This document shows positions 62,901 to 64,000 of a stretch of 64,000 bases of DNA, one piece after another. The stretch covers positions 704,001 through 768,000 of the forward strand of contig CAVVPN010000011.1 in NCBI GenBank assembly GCA_963750165.1, written 5' to 3'. The position numbers were made by a program, and so were the translations under genes. Source of the stretch: an uncultured Gemmataceae bacterium. GTDB lineage: Bacteria; Planctomycetota; Planctomycetia; Gemmatales; Gemmataceae. The notes under the pieces are model-generated. The model was not told where the DNA came from, ran no database searches, and saw only the letters and a program-made list of their open reading frames with translations. The stretch's first letter is position 1. Each line of letters opens with the position of its first letter.

Positions 62901-63296
62901 GCGCGACGAGGAAAAGAGGACGCGCCGCGAATCGGGGGTCCAGCCGATGACGGTGTCGTTGGCGCTGTGGAAGGTGAGCTGCGTCGCCTTGCCGCCGGCC
63001 GCGGGCATGACGAACACGTCGTAGTTGCCGTAGCGGTCGGACGAGAACGCGATCCACTTGCCGTCCGGCGAGAAGCGCGGATAGATATCACGGCCGCGGT
63101 GGACGGTCAGGCGCCGCGGGTGGCTGCCGTCGTCGTGGACGGTCCACAGGTCGCCGAGGTAGCTGAAGACGATCTTGCCGTTGTGGTAGTCAGGGTGACG
63201 GGCCAGCTTGACCTCGACGGCCGCGGCCGGCAGCGCCGCCAGCGCCAGGACCAGGGCCGCAAGTAGTGGACGGCCGCGCAGCAGGGTGCGAAGCAT
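59994..63296 (-). CDS. Tricorn-like S41 protease
   Basis: PD40 repeats, ELNASHTG, PDZ, DQRFNPGG, TSDAE, ENYGVPPD; signal peptide. Confidence 0.93.
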   Translation of the reverse strand: MLRTLLRGRPLLAALVLALAALPAAAVEVKLARHPDYHNGKIVFSYLGDLWTVHDDGSHPRRLTVHRGRDIYPRFSPDGKWIAFSSDRYGNYDVFVMPAAGGKATQLTFHSANDTVIGWTPDSRRVLFSSSRGLMYPGIPNLYEVPVGGGLEQPVLTDWGSWGSYSPDGKLLAFTRHPAVWSRRHYRGSYAADLWLLDTSNRSFKRLLDDQLPDNEKPNNLWPMFAPGGDIYFVSDRAVQGKAGSPVVLKSTSNLWKINRSGGNPVQVTKHTSGALFFPALSSDGKVIVYEENFGVWKLDTATGQTSEIKIDITSDDQENNLETLTVNGEADSFHVSPSGKRAVIAVKGELFTIATEKGDVRRLTSTPQVREGQPQWSPDGKRIAFICDKSGDEQIWVCDEFGKQMKQISQGDSLKSQLRWAPDSKALLYTASDNKLYRYDLDGGKTTVLASSAVLAGGDAIGNPQWSPDGKWVSYTRPDKTLLPHVYVIPAEGGNPMRVTDRDTYSDTLAFWTGDGKRLVFLGGTDLINSSAKRVQPNAQIYSVALLPETSDPADKSVDSEEQATKQPGVKPAGPVGKVEVKIDFTNIGRRVRQLTRVGDAITTLALSPNGRSVVFATFGVEGGRNVQSLWSLAVDGDKPATRLAQSASTPTDDQPPARGFGGGGFTMLQFSRDGKTLFYKQGSNLYALPLGGAAEALAGKGPAATGGRKLAFTVRVEVDHRELRKQVFHESWRIMKHRFYDAGMHGINWAKMRQTYEPLLEHVADQEELHNVISLMIGELNASHTGISGGGRFSSEEKAVTRFPGFELEADKSGYYKVTHVYRHGPADRDYVKIRVGDYVLAIDDQELKAGDNYWKHYTRPMGSRLEFTVNDKPQPAGAWKAKVTPVTSFQMATLQYEKWVAERRALVAKLSNGDFGYLHIRQMSEPELRKFERDLAMLHTKKALVIDQRFNPGGNIDQELLQILQQKQYQYTKPRSSGETVTRPLHGFFGPKVVLANERSTSDAEVFPDGFRTLKLGKVVGVTTYGAVIGTGAYKLMDGSVIRTPGFGLWNVSGTNLENYGVPPDVYVDNTPEDFFRGRDAQLEKAVEVLRQELKAK

Positions 63297-63456
63297 GGGG
63301 GACTCTCTTCCTGGGTGACAGGGAACGAATGCCATCAGGAAGGGATGATACGCCACCGCCCGCGGGGCCGCAAGCGCCTGGAGCGCATTTCGAGCACGTC
63401 CAGTGCCACGCCGACCGCCGACGCGCTTCCGAAAGCAAGCGCACGTTGCGTTGGGA

Positions 63457-63518
63457 GGTAGCGGAAGTCGCCAGACTTCCGAACTGCGGCGGACGGAAGT
63501 CTGGCGACTTCCGCTACC
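63457..63518. repeat. GTAG-type REP doublet
   Basis: Same arms as the 50888 and 54782 copies. Confidence 0.85.
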
Positions 63519-63583
63519 CTCAAGGGCAAGCGGCGGGGCCGGAGATTCTCCATCTCGCGGTTGAGGCGGACGGTCAGGCGACC

Positions 63584-64000
63584 TCAACGGCGACCAAGCT
63601 TTTTCTCCTTGCCCGGTTTTTCTGGGGATTGTGCCGCGGGAACGTCCAGCTCGCGCTCCACCAACTCGCGGATGACCAGCGTGTCGAGGGCACTGGCCCG
63701 GAGGAGCAGGGCATTGATATGCGGGTCGGCGACCACGCGAATGCGCTCTGGTGAGATGGGGCTCTTGCCAGACCGAGTGCCGTTGAACGCCTCGTCGAGG
63801 ACGCGGGCCACGCTGTCAGCCCGGGTGTGCTTCAGCCGGATCACGTAAAAGTCGCACTGGATGGTAGGCTGCGGTTGGTGGCGGATCAGGTCCGCCACCA
63901 ACCGCATCACCGCGGGGTCGTCCGTCGTGACGATCAGTTTGTTGCCGACAGGGGTAAAGGTCACCGGAGCGGGATCCTTGCCGGCCGGCGTTTTTTTCTT
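63584..64000 (-). CDS. Secretin N-domain (NolW-like) protein, 5'-partial
   Basis: VIRLKHTRADSVARVL...VVADPHINALLLRA. Confidence 0.65.
   Translation of the reverse strand, partial: KKKTPAGKDPAPVTFTPVGNKLIVTTDDPAVMRLVADLIRHQPQPTIQCDFYVIRLKHTRADSVARVLDEAFNGTRSGKSPISPERIRVVADPHINALLLRASALDTLVIRELVERELDVPAAQSPEKPGKEKKLGRR

Overview
GC-rich window that reads as a planctomycete (Gemmataceae-like; inferred from PVC-type CxxCH, DUF4058, ISAzo13 and LExR-motif proteins). Bases 1-27822 look like the right part of an integrative element ending in a displaced 3' half of tRNA-Ser(GCT). It carries an AlpA-like protein, a Prim-Pol/DUF3987 replicase with an adjacent inverted repeat, a small tyrosine recombinase flanked by unusual 8-bp-periodic arrays, a ~12-kb SBBP-Ig-RHS-HINT polymorphic toxin with a papain-like tip and probable immunity gene, and TPR-linked glycosyl/methyltransferases. 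Bases 28092-44779 are a T2SS/type IV pilus-like operon (three pilins, PilZ-PilB, PilT, PilC, secretin) hit by two IS elements. Upstream (44935-49204) is a COG0523/DUF1826 metal-homeostasis operon ending in a ribbon-helix-helix + four-CxxC protein. Both operons share a GTATRA-N5-TYATAC palindrome at their promoters, which suggests an undescribed metal-responsive regulon. The rest is ordinary chromosome with several REP-like palindromes. Several 1-2 nt frameshifts probably reflect sequencing error. All family calls come from motif recognition by eye; no searches were run.
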